Positions 37,220 through 45,254 of a stretch of 64,000 nt of DNA are shown here, piece by piece. This stretch comes from Pontibacter sp. G13 (lineage in GTDB: Bacteria > Bacteroidota > Bacteroidia > J057), in contig NZ_CP134696.1 of the NCBI RefSeq assembly GCF_031851795.1, positions 1,295,576-1,359,575 on the forward strand, read 5' to 3'. Each line of letters begins with the position of its first letter. The stretch's first letter is position 1. The translations under genes and the position numbers were made by a program. The notes under the pieces were generated by a model, which saw only the letters and a program-made list of their open reading frames with translations, was not told the origin of the DNA and ran no database searches.

Positions 37220-39172
37220 CTAGATATTGATAATTTCGAATTCCACTCGGCGATTTTTTCGTCTTCCAGCAGAGGTCTTATTCGTGGCAATCGGACGATA
37301 CATCCCATAGCCTTTCACCTTCAATCTTAGCTCCATGATCCCCTGGTCGATCAGATAGGCTTTCACCGCATTGGCACGACGCAAGGACAGTTCCACTTTC
37401 TGCTTTTTGTTGCCGGTGTTGTCGGTATGGCCGCTCACCTCGATGACCACCCGCGGATTGAGTTTCAGAAATGCGACCACCCGCTCCAATTCAGCAAAGG
37501 ATTCAGGAAGTAGTTCCCATTTCCCCGTATCGAAATAGATATTCTTCAGAATCAGGCTGGCTCCCAATCTGATTGGTTCCAACTCATAGGTCTGCTTGAT
37601 GCTGACCCGGCTGAAGAGGGTATCCATGAGGATATCCTCTCCATGGAACAGATATCCTTTGGCCAATACGTTCATGGACACCAACCCATAAGCGGGCATG
37701 AGCATTCCAAAGTTTCCGGTGTCTGGCTCGGAAACGGCAGAGGCCAATGAATCGAGGGTCTTGTTGTCTGTCAATTTCACAGCAGCTCTCAGAGGAAGTC
37801 CTGTCTTCTTGTCTAGCACCGTTCCTTTCAACAGCGGAGGAGTGACAAACGGTCTGACTCCAAGCTTTAACGGATCATTGAAATTCACCAGAATCCAATC
37901 TGAAACCCCATTGTGACGCTCTATTTTGGGGCCAGTTGTATTGTTCTCGATGTTTCCGAATGCAAGAAATCCTCCTTTGGCCATTTCCTGAATATCGAAG
38001 AACTCATCCTTGCGCTTGTTTCCATAGGTTTTGTTCCACAGCAACTTCCCCGTGCCATCGACTTTCACCATCCAAGCATCGTAGTATCCGGCATTGAACT
38101 CGATTTGCCCTTCTCCAGTTCGGGACTTGGTGAGTCCTCCCATGATGTATCCCCCGTCTTGCATAGGACCAACGGAATTGAATCCATCCCCACGGGGTCC
38201 TCCATAAGATTGGGACCATAGTACTTGATAGCTGCTATCCATTTTCAATAGCCAACCATCCCCTTCCCCTTGGTGCTGAAGGAGATCTCCATCACTGGAA
38301 AAGGAAGTACCGGCGATCACGACATTTCCCTTCGAATCCCGGTAGGCATCATAGATATCATCATTTTCTGATCCTCCGAATGAACGCTGGGTTTTGATCT
38401 TGCCATATTCGCTCATTCGTAGCATCCACACGTCTTTTTTGCCCAATGCCTGTTCGACATTTCCGTCATCTGAAGCAGCGGTTCCGAAGATCAAATATTC
38501 AGATTCAGAGATTCGAAATCCTTTGCGTGCTTTTTCGTTATGGGTCCCCCCAAACTGCTTTTCCCAAATCAAACGTCCTTTGCCATTGATCCGAAGCACC
38601 CAAGCATCATAGCCTCCGAAGTGTTGAGAGGTGGCAAGACCGTTGGCAGAAGCCGATTCCCCCAGCAGAAAAAATCCACCATCCGTAGTCGGAATCGCGC
38701 CATATCCTCTATCATCGCCCGAGCCACCGTAGGATTGGGACCAAAGCAGCTCGCCTGTTTCACTGATTCTGGCAGCCCACACATCTGTTCCTCCATACCC
38801 TCTGGGAATATCTCCATCTTGCGAATCTGTGGTTCCCACGAGGAGGAACCCCCCAGATTCAAGCCGGATCATATCAGAGAGCGATTCTGTTCCGCTTCCA
38901 CCAATCACCTGTTTCCAGATAATCGTCCGCTGGGTATTGGTTTTAAAGATGACAATATCCTGAGTACCTGCGGAGTCGCCTCTCGAGAAATCGTCTTGCG
39001 AAGAAGATTCACCGGCGAGGATGATTGTCCCGTTGTCGAGTACCTCAAATTTTTTCCCTCGATCGTATCCTGCTCCCCCGTAGAGATTGAACCAATAATC
39101 CACCTGAGCAAAGGAGCAGGCAGGCGAGAGTGCCAAGCAGCATAGTAAGATCCGTAACGTCAGCCGAGTCAT
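37220..39172 (-). CDS. OmpA-family protein with N-terminal beta-propeller-like repeats
   Basis: Signal peptide MTRLTLRILLCCLALSPACSFAQ. Repeated SGDD/GGS.DD blocks are present. C-terminal OmpA_C domain (NIYFDTGKWELLPESF...GHTDNTGN...LSLRRANAVKAYL). The ORF-track start is 39229. Confidence 0.75.
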   Translation of the reverse strand: MTRLTLRILLCCLALSPACSFAQVDYWFNLYGGAGYDRGKKFEVLDNGTIILAGESSSQDDFSRGDSAGTQDIVIFKTNTQRTIIWKQVIGGSGTESLSDMIRLESGGFLLVGTTDSQDGDIPRGYGGTDVWAARISETGELLWSQSYGGSGDDRGYGAIPTTDGGFFLLGESASANGLATSQHFGGYDAWVLRINGKGRLIWEKQFGGTHNEKARKGFRISESEYLIFGTAASDDGNVEQALGKKDVWMLRMSEYGKIKTQRSFGGSENDDIYDAYRDSKGNVVIAGTSFSSDGDLLQHQGEGDGWLLKMDSSYQVLWSQSYGGPRGDGFNSVGPMQDGGYIMGGLTKSRTGEGQIEFNAGYYDAWMVKVDGTGKLLWNKTYGNKRKDEFFDIQEMAKGGFLAFGNIENNTTGPKIERHNGVSDWILVNFNDPLKLGVRPFVTPPLLKGTVLDKKTGLPLRAAVKLTDNKTLDSLASAVSEPDTGNFGMLMPAYGLVSMNVLAKGYLFHGEDILMDTLFSRVSIKQTYELEPIRLGASLILKNIYFDTGKWELLPESFAELERVVAFLKLNPRVVIEVSGHTDNTGNKKQKVELSLRRANAVKAYLIDQGIMELRLKVKGYGMYRPIATNKTSAGRRKNRRVEFEIINI

Positions 39173-39206
39173 AAGATTAGAAAGCGAATGTGTGATGTGC
39201 GAAGGA

Positions 39207-39992
39207 TTAGGAATCGATTTGAGCAGCAAATTCTGCCTCGAATATCTGGCGGTTGAGCGGAAACGAGTACGGGGACAGTTCGATCCATTCCGCTTTGCTC
39301 TTCCACGCGACCTCAGAGATGGATTCTTCGAGTTGTGGGATCAAAGCTTGAGATTTGTCCGCAGTCATCCGGTACCAATGTGTCTCTTTCAAGACCCACT
39401 TCTTTTTCTCGAAATAAGTATGGTAGGTGACGATCAAGGGGCCAATCATTTCGACCTGTTGTAATCCGGTCTCTTCTTGGACCTCTCGGACCGCTGCCAG
39501 TTCGACGGGTTCTTCCTTTTCGACATGTCCTTTGGGTAAAGTCCAGACATTTCGATGGGAAATCATGAGGAATGCTCCTTCCTCATTGTGGACCAATCCG
39601 CCAGCAGCCACCTTGACTTTGAACAGCTTCCGCAGTTGCATAATCGCCTTTTCGAGTGATTCTACCTCATCGAATTGAAACTCAATCGTACCTTTGGCCC
39701 TCGTTTCGTGTCCCCTCAAGACCGTCTGGAATAGGCTGGAGATGCATGCTTCCGAATCATCCGCCCGCACATACCACTGTCTGCCGCTCCAATTGGCGGG
39801 AGGTTCAGAGAGGAGCGCTTCCAAATGTTGCCAGGGGTGTGTGGGGAACTGGATAGGGGATTGCGGAGTTTGTAGTCCGAAGGACATGCACAAATTAAGT
39901 GCGAAAATTTTCATATTTTTGCGACCTAAGCCTAGATCAGACGTGACAAGTTCGAAAATAGCAGAGTATTTATTAAAAATCAAAGCCGTCAA
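39207..39992 (-). CDS. NUDIX hydrolase
   Basis: NUDIX box LPKGHVEKEEPVELAAVREVQEETGL. The start is uncertain. An internal ATG at 39917 would remove most of the overlap with pyrE. Confidence 0.7.
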   Translation of the reverse strand: MTALIFNKYSAIFELVTSDLGLGRKNMKIFALNLCMSFGLQTPQSPIQFPTHPWQHLEALLSEPPANWSGRQWYVRADDSEACISSLFQTVLRGHETRAKGTIEFQFDEVESLEKAIMQLRKLFKVKVAAGGLVHNEEGAFLMISHRNVWTLPKGHVEKEEPVELAAVREVQEETGLQQVEMIGPLIVTYHTYFEKKKWVLKETHWYRMTADKSQALIPQLEESISEVAWKSKAEWIELSPYSFPLNRQIFEAEFAAQIDS

Positions 39993-40575
39993 GATTGACG
40001 TGGGAAATCCTTTCCAGTGGAGTTCTGGCTGGAAATCTCCTATCTATTGTGACAACCGACTGACGCTTTCCCACCCTGAGATTCGTGATTTTATCAAGCA
40101 CGGATTTGTGGAGCGTGTGAAAGCCGAGTATCCCGAGGCCACTGGCATTGTCGGGGTAGCGACCGGAGCGATTGCGCTGGGGGTGCTGGTTGCAGACGAG
40201 ATGGGACTCCCATTCATCTATGTACGGTCCAAGGCCAAAGGGCATGGCATGCAGAATCTTCTGGAAGGAGACGTCGATTCCAACGGCAAATACGTCGTCA
40301 TCGAGGACCTCGTCTCTACCGGATGCTCCAGCGTGAAGGCGGTTCAGGCAGTTCAAGCGACTGGCGCAACCGTATTGGGGACGATTTCGATCTTTAGCTA
40401 TGGATTCCCACAAGCCAAGGCGGCTTTCGAGGAGACAGGCACCCAGTACGATTCCCTGACCAACTTGAAGACCCTTTTGGAAAAGGCTCAGGAGTTTGAT
40501 TATCTTCAAGCCGACGAACAAGCCACGATTTTCGATTGGCAGCAGGATCCGGCCAATTGGAATGGCCAAGAATAG
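39943..40575 (+). CDS. pyrE: Orotate phosphoribosyltransferase
   Basis: KIAEYLLKIKAVKIDVGNPFQWSSGWKSPIYCDNR...VIEDLVSTGCS are conserved OPRT blocks. I chose the in-frame GTG at 39943 as start. The ORF track begins at 39694, which would add ~80 non-homologous residues. Confidence 0.85.
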   Translation: MTSSKIAEYLLKIKAVKIDVGNPFQWSSGWKSPIYCDNRLTLSHPEIRDFIKHGFVERVKAEYPEATGIVGVATGAIALGVLVADEMGLPFIYVRSKAKGHGMQNLLEGDVDSNGKYVVIEDLVSTGCSSVKAVQAVQATGATVLGTISIFSYGFPQAKAAFEETGTQYDSLTNLKTLLEKAQEFDYLQADEQATIFDWQQDPANWNGQE

Positions 40576-40600
40576 GAACGAATCAGCATACTCACGACTC

Positions 40601-41110
40601 ATGTCAGAGCAACAACATACCTTCCTCGACACTATCAAGAAAAGCACCATTCAAGACTTTATCGTCGATGTGCGTGGACATGCCAATGAAATGACCATTC
40701 AGGTCAAAGCAGAGCATATCCTCGAGGTGCTTCGCAGTTTGAAAGAACAGCACGGATTCAACTTCCTTTCGGATATCACCGGCTCGGACAATTATACCGA
40801 CGAGGGGAGATTCGAAGTGGCGTACAATATCGTCAGCATGGCTCACCGCCAGCGCTTGCGTGTGGTTGCGCTGATCGAAGAGTCCGACCCTTCCATCGAT
40901 TCCGTGGTATCTTTGTGGTCTTCCGCCAACTGGTACGAGCGTGAAGCTTACGATATGGTCGGTATCCAGTTCCGCAATCATCCGGACTTGCGCCGTATCT
41001 ATATGCCTGAGGATTTCCAATGGTATCCGCTGCGCAAGGAGTTTCCATTGCTCGGAATTCCCGGCTCGATTGCCCTTCCCGAGAAAGATCCTCCGAAGGA
41101 GTACAAATAA
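40601..41110 (+). CDS. nuoC: NADH-quinone oxidoreductase subunit C-like (Complex I 30-kDa family) protein
   Basis: FLSDITGSDNY...FEVAYNIVS...EREAYDMVGIQFRNHPDLRRI...EDFQWYPLRKEF are NuoC/30-kDa subunit signature blocks. The ATG at 40601 is in frame; the ORF-track start 40496 is TTG. Confidence 0.65.
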   Translation: MSEQQHTFLDTIKKSTIQDFIVDVRGHANEMTIQVKAEHILEVLRSLKEQHGFNFLSDITGSDNYTDEGRFEVAYNIVSMAHRQRLRVVALIEESDPSIDSVVSLWSSANWYEREAYDMVGIQFRNHPDLRRIYMPEDFQWYPLRKEFPLLGIPGSIALPEKDPPKEYK

Positions 41111-41182
41111 TCCGATCGTTCGCGATCTCTTTTCAAAAGATGTGGAATACGTGTATTCCACATCTTTTTTTTTGAAGCTGTT

Positions 41183-41430
41183 TCAGGCTCTCCATTTCGG
41201 CTGTAAAGCACCATTTCCAGAACCTCAGTTCGCTATTTTTTCGGACATAGCCCCACTATGACCTGCAAAAATAGCAGCCTGAGAACCCGGATCTGACGCC
41301 TTTCGCTTCAAAATGGATTCCCTGAAACAGCTTCTTTGGGGATGGGCGGCCAAACCCTCCATTTCGGCTGCAATGCGCTATTTCCAGAACCTCAGTTCGC
41401 TATTTTTTCGGACATAGCCCGCTGTCAGTC
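41183..41430. repeat. Intergenic composite repeat: two ~65-bp direct repeats plus a perfect 14-bp inverted repeat
   Basis: Direct repeats CTCCATTTCGGCTG.AA.GC.C.ATTTCCAGAACCTCAGTTCGCTATTTTTTCGGACATAGCCC at ~41200-41265 and ~41359-41424. Inverted repeat GAAGCTGTTTCAGG (41184-41197) / CCTGAAACAGCTTC (~41320-41333). Confidence 0.6.
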
Positions 41431-41527
41431 CAATTCCATGTTGGAAGTTCTTTGTCCTGCATGAGGAGATTTTGGAAAAGGTTGGCGAAATTCTCTTTCG
41501 AAAAAATCGCTCAACAACTCGAATTGC

Positions 41528-41890
41528 ATGCAGGAACTTGATTGGTCGCTCGACCTGGGGATGATGATCCTATTTTACGCATCGGCAGGATTGGCGCATT
41601 TTCTGATGCCCAAGTTTTTCCTCAAAATCATCCCTCCCTACATTCCTATGCCAAATCTGGTCAATGGATTGGTAGGGCTGGTGGAAATGACGCTGGCGCT
41701 TGGCTTGGCATTTTCGACAACGAGGACCGCTGCGGCAATTGGCGTGGTATGCCTGCTCTTGGCGGTGTTCCCAGCCAATGTCTACCACCTGACAAGTGGT
41801 GGCGCGGGGATGAATATTCCCAAGTGGCTCCTCTGGATTCGACTTCCGCTACAAGGACTGTTGATCTTCTGGGCTTGGCAATACGTTTAG
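41528..41890 (+). CDS. DoxX-like small membrane protein
   Basis: 120 aa with 4 TM helices. LAVFPANVYH resembles DoxX/SURF4-family conserved regions. Weak call. Confidence 0.45.
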   Translation: MQELDWSLDLGMMILFYASAGLAHFLMPKFFLKIIPPYIPMPNLVNGLVGLVEMTLALGLAFSTTRTAAAIGVVCLLLAVFPANVYHLTSGGAGMNIPKWLLWIRLPLQGLLIFWAWQYV

Positions 41891-41891
41891 C

Positions 41892-42482
41892 TTATTCCAC
41901 CAATCGAAAGAATAACGTCGCCAAGGTGTGGTTGACCTGAAGCTCCACGCATTTGCCTTCTCGGTAGGTCATGTAGTTGTAATTGCCCGTTGGGAGCAGA
42001 ACGCGATACTTGTGTGGGCCTACTTGTTCGAATGGCAAGTAATGTCCCCAACGCTCCGAAAAAACCTGAGACCTCCCCACCGGTTCCTCCCAGTAGGTTC
42101 GAATGATGCAGAAATCAATGTCAGCAGGCGTTTCATAGGCTTTGCCATCTCGGATGGTCCGATAGATATGATTGACCCGCTTGCCTTCTGAATGGCTTTT
42201 TTCGGAGCCATTTCGGAAATTTCGAGTCAAGGAAGAAGTCAAATGCCCTGATTGGAAGTTCGCCTCATATGTGAACTGCAAATTCATGGAGAACATCATT
42301 TTGACATCCATGTTGCAATCCAGTGAGAAATGCTCGTTGCCATCCTGCATGACCTTGTTGACCCGCATCCAGCCTACCTCAGTTTGCCCCTTGTAAACCT
42401 TGTATAGCAGCGTTTGGCCCATCAAGGGGGAACCAAGCAGACCCGTCAGGCACCATACCAAGCAAATCTGCGCTCGAATCAT
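41892..42482 (-). CDS. Hypothetical secreted protein
   Basis: ORF with a probable signal peptide from MIRAQICLVWCLTGLLGSPLMGQ. No recognisable family. The ORF-track start is 42548. Confidence 0.35.
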   Translation of the reverse strand: MIRAQICLVWCLTGLLGSPLMGQTLLYKVYKGQTEVGWMRVNKVMQDGNEHFSLDCNMDVKMMFSMNLQFTYEANFQSGHLTSSLTRNFRNGSEKSHSEGKRVNHIYRTIRDGKAYETPADIDFCIIRTYWEEPVGRSQVFSERWGHYLPFEQVGPHKYRVLLPTGNYNYMTYREGKCVELQVNHTLATLFFRLVE

Positions 42483-42668
42483 TGTGTGTAGTCCTTTTCT
42501 AATGGGGATTATAGAGTTATTGGATAATCCACAATTACAACAAATCAACGAATGAAGATGTTGCCACGCAACTGCGATGTAACGGACATTTTGAATTTGT
42601 CCGCATAGTCGTTAGGGAAGAAGGGATTTGGGGAAATAAGGCGAGAGTTTGGTGCTGAGCAAAAAAAT

Positions 42669-43145
42669 CTAGAGTGATTTTCCGAAGAATCGTATTCCGA
42701 GCGTGGGATTCTGATTGTACCGTTCGATCTCTTGAAAGCCCAATGATGTGTACAGCCGCTGGGCGGCCAGCATGGAAGGATGCGTGTCCAATTTCATGAT
42801 TTGGTAGCCAGAATGTCGGGCGGCTTCCTCTAATTCCTCTATCAGCATTCGGCCGATGCCCAAGCCTCTTGCATTGGGCGTGACATACATCCGTTTCATT
42901 TCGCAAACCTCCTGAGAGATCCGTCGAAAAGCGATACATCCAACTGGCACTTCTGTTTGATAAGCCACCAGCAAAGCTCCTTGAGGCGGCTGAAACTCCC
43001 CGGGAAGCCCATCCAATTCCCGCTGATAATCTCCCAAGGCAGGATCAAATCCTCGAGCGGACATGTATTCCCACAGCAAGGACCGAACCGCCTGCCAATG
43101 CACGGGTCGATCTGCCGGAAGAATGCGGATGTGAGGATGCATGAG
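42669..43145 (-). CDS. GNAT-family N-acetyltransferase
   Basis: Acetyl-CoA binding motif A (RMYVTPNARGLGIGRMLIEELEE) and a C-terminal GFQEIERY block. I chose the MHPHIRIL start at 43145 to avoid the out-of-frame overlap with the DoxX gene. Confidence 0.75.
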   Translation of the reverse strand, partial: LMHPHIRILPADRPVHWQAVRSLLWEYMSARGFDPALGDYQRELDGLPGEFQPPQGALLVAYQTEVPVGCIAFRRISQEVCEMKRMYVTPNARGLGIGRMLIEELEEAARHSGYQIMKLDTHPSMLAAQRLYTSLGFQEIERYNQNPTLGIRFFGKSL

Positions 43146-43152
43146 TAGGAAT

Positions 43153-43590
43153 TTACCCCAACAAGCTAGACTGGGCGATGATGCCCAAAACTGCCAGAAT
43201 GAAGTATGGGACGAGAGAAGCGGCTCCTTCGTAGTCTTTGGCGAGGCGTTGCCCAAAGAACAGCATCACTAGGCTCAAGGCGGAAAGCTGAGCCCCATGA
43301 GCGGCCCAAGCAGTATTGTCTGTGAATAGCAGGAAACCAACCCCGATCAGAGAAAATACCCCCGCAGCTACTTCCGTGATGGTGACGATCCCCAACAGCA
43401 GGGGGACGATTCCAGACAGGGGAGAATTGGCGAAATGACTTTTGAGCCAGCTGAGGTTCCCTTTCCAATCTACGACCTTGTCCAATCCGGACTGTAGAAA
43501 CAAGATAGCCAAGAATGCGGCAAAAAGGATACGGGCGGAGTTCAGGGGCTGGAAGCTTTCCAAAATGGTGTGGAGCAACATGTCAGTCAA
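43153..43590 (-). CDS. DoxX-family membrane protein
   Basis: ILFAAFLAILFLQSGLDKVVDW...LLLGIVTITEVAAGVFSLIG is the DoxX pattern. 145 aa with 4 TM helices. Confidence 0.75.
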   Translation of the reverse strand: MTDMLLHTILESFQPLNSARILFAAFLAILFLQSGLDKVVDWKGNLSWLKSHFANSPLSGIVPLLLGIVTITEVAAGVFSLIGVGFLLFTDNTAWAAHGAQLSALSLVMLFFGQRLAKDYEGAASLVPYFILAVLGIIAQSSLLG

Positions 43591-43759
43591 TTCGCTAATG
43601 AGGTCGTATGTGTCGGTGATTCATCGGATAGGTCCGATTACACCGAATAACCGCAATATACCGATATAAAGTAGGCTGCCAAAGCCCAGACATCCTTTGG
43701 CTTCAAAATCTATCGGTGGGAAAAGGAAATTGAAAGAGGTAGAAGATCTTCAGGGGAGG

Positions 43760-44857
43760 TTATTTCCCAAGGAAAACTTGACGGAGGGCCAAGAGGATTT
43801 CTCTGATGACGACCAAGAGGAGTACCACGACCAGAAAGATCATGGCGATGACGATTGCCGTAGAGATCTCTCGTTCCTGAAGGGCCTGGAAGGAAAATTG
43901 AACACGTTCCCGGAAAGCTTGGGCGCGCTTCACTTCTGCCGAGTAGGGCGGCATGGGATGCTCATCCAGCAGATCGAACACCTTGTGGAGCAGATCTTGG
44001 CGATGAAGGGCGGAAAGGTGCGAGACGTAGACTTCTGGCCACAATCTCCGTGCATGCGCTAGATCTACCTTCAAGGAAGGCCATGCGATGGAATCTGTTA
44101 CAGCATAGGCCCCCAATGCTGCGGCGCTACCATGACCGCCATATCCCAAAATCAATCCCGGCTCATAGGCAGGAATGCCCTGAAGCATCAGGATGACCTC
44201 ACGCTGCATTTTGATCCGTGGAATGCCCACCACATACCGAAACCGCTTGGTCTGGACCTTGCGTTCGTCCCAGACATAGGCCCAATGTAGCGCTTCGGTT
44301 TCGAAGCCCGCCAAATCCAAATCCGATTCGATGAAGGTGAAGTCTCCGGGGACGGGATCTTCATACAACTTTTGGTAGAGGGCCAAAGTGGATTCGCCGG
44401 GAGAGACGTTCCATTGCTTGAGCAGATGGTCGTTGGGGCGGAAATCCATGCCCACCTTTTGGAAGCGGAGCTTGTACATCTCCATCCAGTCCTTGAGGTC
44501 TTCGTGGGCATGTTGGCAACGAGCAGAGGCACGATCATGCAGCCAATTGCCGTCCGACTCATCTACCACCAAACGGACCGATACCGGAATCCCCGCATCT
44601 TGGAAGTTCTTGACAGCGAGCGCCATCTCTTGCGAAAAGTCTCTCAAAGCCACAGACAATGCAGCATCTTCCGCCTCCAAAGTCTTGACTAGTTCTGTAT
44701 CCATCGATAGATCCAGCAAGGCTGGACCCTCACAATCTGTCATGATGGTAACGATGGGCCCCGCAAGGAGCGAACCCAAGAACAAACAAGAGAGGCCAGT
44801 CAAGAGGAGTATCCGTCGGAAGATCATTCTTCGCAATTGCAAATGTTTTCGGATGCG
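43760..44857 (-). CDS. Hypothetical membrane-anchored protein (N-terminal signal/TM, C-terminal TM)
   Basis: Start at MIFRRILLLTGLSCLFLGSLLAG. The C-terminus is hydrophobic (AIVIAMIFLVVVLLLVVI). The ORF track extends to 45265, but that region is the dispersed repeat and is non-coding. Confidence 0.45.
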   Translation of the reverse strand, partial: RIRKHLQLRRMIFRRILLLTGLSCLFLGSLLAGPIVTIMTDCEGPALLDLSMDTELVKTLEAEDAALSVALRDFSQEMALAVKNFQDAGIPVSVRLVVDESDGNWLHDRASARCQHAHEDLKDWMEMYKLRFQKVGMDFRPNDHLLKQWNVSPGESTLALYQKLYEDPVPGDFTFIESDLDLAGFETEALHWAYVWDERKVQTKRFRYVVGIPRIKMQREVILMLQGIPAYEPGLILGYGGHGSAAALGAYAVTDSIAWPSLKVDLAHARRLWPEVYVSHLSALHRQDLLHKVFDLLDEHPMPPYSAEVKRAQAFRERVQFSFQALQEREISTAIVIAMIFLVVVLLLVVIREILLALRQVFLGK

Positions 44858-44989
44858 CAAAATGCAGCATTCCAAGCGGATTTCCAATTCTCTTCCGGCG
44901 TTCGAAACAACATTGGGGGATTTGGGGACGGTAATGCTGAGGTGTTCCCATGCTGAGAGAATACAGTCAAAGGAGATTTGTGTCCGCTC

Positions 44990-45200
44990 GATGTGCGGCT
45001 GGCAGGTGCGGCGTAAGGGCTCCGGAAAGGCCGACGTCAGGAGGAGTCGCGGATCTGGGGGCGGCGATATCTCGCCCCCAGATCCGCGACCGAGGGGTCT
45101 CCCCGAGCTTGTAGGAGCCCGACCCCGCGGCTCAATTGCCAAGCGCCATCCCCATTGCCCAGCTCGCGGGGATACGCCCAAATCCAAAAAACCGCCTCCC
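44990..45200. repeat. Copy (partial) of the dispersed repeat element family
   Basis: It starts with GATGTGCGGCTGGCAGGTGCGGCGTAAGG, as at 12890. It contains the inverted pair GATCTGGGGGCGG...CCCCCAGATC. Confidence 0.55.
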
Positions 45201-45225
45201 CAAAGCTGGGAAGACGGTTTTTTTT
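45185..45225 (-). terminator. Bidirectional rho-independent terminator downstream of the ThuA-family giant gene
   Basis: CCGCCTCCCC (45192-45201) / GGGAAGACGG (45208-45217) form a 10-bp stem with 2 G-U wobbles. It is flanked by an A-run (45185-45190) and a T-run (45218-45225). Confidence 0.5.
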
Positions 45226-45254
45226 CGAAAAGCTCCGAGATCAAACGACTTGAC

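Noticed and set aside
39694-39942. 5' extension of the pyrE ORF (track start 39694) overlapping the NUDIX gene by ~300 bp
   Set aside because: The extra ~80 residues have no OPRT homology. An in-frame GTG at 39943 gives an N-terminus (VTSSKIAEYLLKIKAVKI...) that is collinear with OPRT family starts. Only the start coordinate is rejected, not the gene.
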